The notes under the pieces were generated by a model. It saw only the letters and a list, made by a program, of their open reading frames with translations. It was not told the DNA's origin and did not search any database. The position numbers and the translations under genes are program-made. A stretch of DNA of 63,511 nt, counting the filler, from Chiloscyllium plagiosum (lineage: Eukaryota): assembly GCF_004010195.1 (NCBI RefSeq). It is 4 parts of one record of this genome, joined end to end, with 100 filler letters (N's around TTAATTAATTAA, not from the genome) between each part and the next. Parts side by side here need not be neighbours in the genome. Positions count along the whole stretch, not along the records: positions 57,761 to 63,511 come from NC_057714.1; 3 more parts are not named here. One strand, given 5' to 3'. This document shows positions 62,791 to 63,511 of the stretch, piece after piece (positions within the stretch are counted from its first letter, which is position 1; each line of letters opens with the position of its first letter).

Positions 62791-63511
62791 CCACCCCTAC
62801 TGCCGTGTCTGCCACCACTTCCGCCCCCACCAATGCCACTCACCTGCATTCTGCTGACACTCCCCCCCACAGATCCCACTGTCACCATTCCCGGCCCCCA
62901 GAACCCTGAGGGGAACACCACTCCTGCTCATGACTCCACCCCCATTCCCCCCACCATCACACCCATTCCAGTTACTGGCTCCGCTCCCACTCCCAGCTCC
63001 ACACCCAAACCAGATCCCGGCTCCCAGCCCTGCCGAGTTTTCACCATTCCTCCAGACCTTCCCCTCACTGAGGACGAACGATCAGTCCTCAGCAAAGGAC
63101 CTTCCTCCCCCTTCGTCCACGCATCAATGAATTTAATACACGCCATGACGTCGAACATTTCTTCCGCCGCCTCCGCCTCCGAGCTTCCTTTCACAATCAG
63201 GACTCCCGCCCACCTTCCGAGGACCCCTTCGCCCACCTCCAACACACTGCATTTACCTGGACACCCCGCACTGGCCTATTACCTACCTGCCCTCGACCTC
63301 TTCATTTCCAACTGCCGCCGGGACATTAACCGCCTCAACCTGTCTACCCCCCTCCCCCACTCCAACCTCTCACCCTCACAACGCGCAGCCCTCCAATCCC
63401 TCTGCTCCAATCCTGACCTCACCATCAAGCCAGCGCACAAAGGGGGCGCAGTGGTAGTCTGGCACACTGACCTCTACATCGCTGAAGCCAAACACCAACT
63501 CGAGGACACCT
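62790..63511 (+). mobile_element. PLE ORF N-terminal/RT start, running off the window
   Basis: VFTIPPDLPLTEDERSVLSKG..FFRRLRLRA..NLSPSQRAALQSLCSNPDLTIKPAHKGGAVVVW (PLE IKPADKG motif). Confidence 0.9.

Overview
Eukaryotic, repeat-dominated vertebrate DNA. It is most likely a shark or other cartilaginous fish, inferred from HE1-like V-SINEs paired with HER1/CR1 LINEs and from Deu-domain SINEs. No intact protein-coding gene is visible. Most of the window is nested, decayed retroelements: many CR1 LINE fragments, one L1 with both ends and a TSD but no RT, Rex1/Babar- and RTEX-like LINE pieces, several Penelope-like element (PLE) families whose ends carry minimal hammerhead-ribozyme (HHR) motifs, tRNA-derived SINEs, a probable solo LTR and a Gypsy RT scrap. 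There are five assembly gaps. A CpG-rich CCAAT/CRE promoter lies at ~27.25-27.5 kb, with candidate phase-compatible exons on both sides. The two main findings: (1) a near-complete, AT-rich, disabled R2 clade-A retrotransposon (3 zinc fingers, Myb, RT, CCHC, RLE) at ~58.7-62.8 kb with no rDNA visible anywhere in the window; (2) ~100-220 bp HHR-bearing PLE-end units that insert alone with 9-14 bp TSDs, often as fold-back palindromes and repeatedly into older HHR cores. All family calls come from reading motifs by eye; no database searches were run, and most element boundaries are approximate.
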